From IMG/VR virus record IMGVR_UViG_3300037189_023236: a stretch of 64,000 nt of DNA; one strand, written 5' to 3'. The notes beneath the pieces are model-generated. The model made no database searches. It saw only the letters and a list, made by a program, of their open reading frames with translations, and was not told the DNA's origin. Source of the stretch: a virus. Positions 62,844-64,000 of the stretch are shown piece by piece (positions within the stretch are counted from its first letter, which is position 1; each line of letters starts with the position of its first letter). The position numbers and the translations under genes were made by a program.

Positions 62844-63049
62844 GTCTGGTAATCTGGGTAAGAAGTGTTTGGCAAATTTAAGTACGCCGCCCGCAAAAAC
62901 ACCGCAATTTTGGGCGTTTTACGCATGTGCTGCCGCGAAGCACTCGTTCACTTTTGTATATTCTTTCTTTCGAAAGATGTAAGACAATTCAGCACCTTCT
63001 AAGCTGGATACGGTGGCGCCTACAGGAGCGCCAACCGGATCCAAGCAGC

Positions 63050-63490
63050 CTATCGCCGAAACTCAAACAGCTTTTGCACATGCTCCCACATTAGCTCGAA
63101 AAAAGCGTCTGCAATTTTGTCTTCGATTGCTTCGAAGATTTCTAGCTGAGTAGGTTCGTTTGTTTGCTGCGATAAGGTAATTGTGTGCTTTTTCTTTTTA
63201 TCTGTTGTTTGAGTTTTGCCGTCAGCGCCAACCGAGATTAGTTTTCGGTCGAAGCCTATGTCATTTTGATCGGCGAAACAACCCCAAATGCCGGTATCGC
63301 TATTGAGCTTCCATGCAGTGCAGTTTCCAAAATTGTTGTAGATCAGTCGAAATGGGCCGCGCTTTTCGTCGTCTACAAAAGTCATAGGCCACCGAAACAT
63401 AAACGATTCATACTTAATTGAGCCGTTGTCTAATGGCACGACTTGCTTAATGATCTTGCCCTGCTGCGTATCTTCTCGAACGGTGAACAA
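63050..63490 (-). CDS. Hypothetical protein
   Basis: GGAGG RBS with TTG start. Confidence 0.65.
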   Translation of the reverse strand: MFTVREDTQQGKIIKQVVPLDNGSIKYESFMFRWPMTFVDDEKRGPFRLIYNNFGNCTAWKLNSDTGIWGCFADQNDIGFDRKLISVGADGKTQTTDKKKKHTITLSQQTNEPTQLEIFEAIEDKIADAFFELMWEHVQKLFEFRR

Positions 63491-63562
63491 ACTACACCTC
63501 CGTAATTGCGGCCAGCGCAGGGGGCGGTTTTACCCGCCCCCTGCTTGCGGCCTACTTAGTCA

Positions 63563-64000
63563 TCAGTCAAATACGCGCCGGATGCCGAGATCCGCTGCTA
63601 CCGTGCGCTGGAACGTAATCCGGTATGTACCCGGAGGCAGAACCCAATCACCGTGTTCTGGATGCGAAATCTTGCTCTCGTGCGTGAGCGTAAAAATCGG
63701 ACCGCAGAAATTTAACGCGTCGCTAAGCTTATCAGCAATTAGGACGGACTTTGATCGCCACTTGTTGGCCTGTTCTTCAGTTTCACCAGCAATTTCACGA
63801 GCTAGTTTGCGCATATCCAGCGACAATTCCAGCACGCTATCTCGCACAGCTTGCCAGTCGTCTTCTTCGCCCGGGGCAATTGCGCTTACGTTTAGCACGT
63901 AAACCGTAGCGTTTACGGACTCCTCAAGCATATGCCGCGAACCCTTGGTATTACCGGGGGCAAGCTGCATTGGATACACCGGCGCCATTACGCGCTTGTA
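63563..64000 (-). CDS. Partial hypothetical protein (HPEH...LP.G.Y family)
   Basis: The frame is open to the window end; LA.G.T.G.RH and HPEHGDWVLPPGTY...QR motifs. Confidence 0.65.
   Translation of the reverse strand, partial: YKRVMAPVYPMQLAPGNTKGSRHMLEESVNATVYVLNVSAIAPGEEDDWQAVRDSVLELSLDMRKLAREIAGETEEQANKWRSKSVLIADKLSDALNFCGPIFTLTHESKISHPEHGDWVLPPGTYRITFQRTVAADLGIRRVFD

Noticed and set aside
63930-63957. Extra promoter-box copies (GGCATAT at 63930; near-match inside tmRNA at 9908-9939)
   Set aside because: The first lacks CTAAAT and lies in a CDS; the second has a mismatch and a 19-nt spacer.
1-64000. CRISPR array, TIGR-type array or short-period guide repeat to partner the RAMP/IS110-like genes
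   Set aside because: I read all sizeable intergenic gaps and saw no regularly spaced repeat-spacer units or period-5 motif runs. One may lie outside the window.
1-64000. Numerous plus-strand ORFs in the track (e.g. 1056-1784, 39213-40037, 50416-51099)
   Set aside because: They are antisense shadows of well-supported minus-strand genes and carry no motifs. Only 6703-7167 is accepted.
1-64000. Stop-codon recoding as seen in some large phages
   Set aside because: Conserved genes are intact in the standard code and end in TAA, TAG or TGA; there is no suppressor tRNA in the window.

Overview
This window is 64 kb of a large (jumbo-type) tailed dsDNA phage genome. It uses the standard genetic code, and almost every gene is on the minus strand; the only convincing plus-strand gene is a GNAT at 6703. 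From left to right it holds: glycine-zipper, probably virion-associated proteins; an accessory region of small self-contained gene cassettes; a tmRNA and six tRNAs (a seventh at 54.3 kb); nucleotide-salvage genes (tdk, cdd, tmk); a tail-fibre-like block with glycosyltransferases; a portal-like gene; and RuvC. A long replication/recombination operon follows (RecA, SSB-like, UDG-fused PolA, primase, DnaB, SF2 helicase, SbcC/SbcD), then a DEDDh exonuclease, HldE, MazG-like and small genes. Four observations stand out. (1) Wedged between SbcCD and the SF2 helicase are two adjacent genes that look like RNA-guide-associated folds, a stand-alone RAMP/Cas7-like protein and a degenerate IS110/Tas-like protein, with no CRISPR or TIGR array in the window. 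(2) There is a private transcription grammar: seven CTAAAT-N15-GGCATAT promoter-like boxes, each paired with a hairpin terminator ending in a conserved GCTATC tail; two of these units have no substantial ORF. (3) The tRNA/tmRNA set has unusual features. (4) Several proteins look like pseudoenzymes. All protein family calls come from motifs recognised by eye, with no database search. The host is unknown.
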